DNA from: Dimorphilus gyrociliatus
Lineage: Eukaryota; Animalia; Annelida
Reading direction: 5' to 3'
Assembly (NCBI GenBank): GCA_904063045.1
Contig: CAJFCJ010000062.1
Location: 1 to 63,488 of the forward strand
Length of the DNA: 63,488 bases
The notes under the pieces are model-generated. The model was given only the letters and a program-made list of their open reading frames with translations. It made no database searches and was not told where the DNA came from. Shown in pieces: positions 63,270-63,488 of the stretch (position 1 is the first letter of the stretch; each line of letters starts with the position of its first letter). A program made the position numbers and the translations under genes.

Positions 63270-63488
63270 TATTTAATGTGTTTTTTCTTATTTTACTTGT
63301 ACCAATCCAATTTTGAGCATTAGCCGAAACATACACGAATGCTCTTTTAATTAGTAGATAAGAAATCCGAAAAGTAACGCGTATCCAACTGCAACATCTA
63401 GCAACAGATACTGATACCAGGGCATATCAATTCCGTAAGACCTCAAGTGCCTATCCCCGTATTTTATTACGTTTCTATCCAATAAACT
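63270..63488 (-). CDS. 3' end of a UDP-glucuronosyltransferase (UGT); gene continues beyond the window, stop position uncertain
   Basis: Minus strand reads VYWIE-VIKYGDRHLRSYGIDMPWYQYLLLDVAVGYALLFGFLIY-IKRAF, the conserved UGT pre-TM motif (WIE.V.+.G..HLRS...D+.WYQY..LDV) plus TM. Two single-base frameshifts. Confidence 0.82.

Noticed and set aside
1-63488. CRISPR arrays, prokaryotic operons, rRNA/tRNA genes, intact transposase or reverse-transcriptase ORFs
   Set aside because: None recognised. Repeats are simple microsatellites with no repeat-spacer periodicity, and genes have spliceosomal introns. A covariance-model scan was not possible, so small RNAs could have been missed.

Overview
This is eukaryotic (metazoan) genomic DNA: AT-rich, rich in microsatellites, with many introns of only 50-100 bp. 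An 8-cysteine molluscan-type insulin suggests a compact-genome lophotrochozoan such as an annelid (inference only). Fifteen protein-coding loci were reconstructed by hand. In order: a 5'-partial 5-HT7-like serotonin receptor (+), an insulin-related peptide (-), a CAP-EGF-ShKT-mucin-stalk-TM protein (+), a divergent peptide-type GPCR (+), an SLC5 Na+/solute symporter (+), a bacterial-looking class-1 nitrilase (+), a CRAL-TRIO protein (+), an 18-exon ADCY5/6-like adenylate cyclase (-), a water-type aquaporin (-), syntaxin-6 (+), a GH35 beta-galactosidase-like protein (-), TM9SF2 (-), SEC63 (+), neudesin (-) and the 3' end of a UDP-glucuronosyltransferase (-). The most notable observations are: (1) a minor-spliceosome (U12) intron in STX6 with non-canonical AT-AA ends; (2) a membrane-anchored GH35 protein lacking both catalytic glutamates; (3) a near-intronless nitrilase that is a horizontal-transfer candidate; (4) many TA-CAG-TA/TA-CTG-TA words inside TA runs, resembling Tc1/mariner excision footprints. 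From about 60.1 kb to the end, each recognisable gene (SEC63, neudesin, UGT) carries single-base deletions, most likely unpolished long-read error rather than biology. I found no rRNA, tRNA, CRISPR array or intact transposon. All exon boundaries, counts and family calls were made by eye, without database searches.
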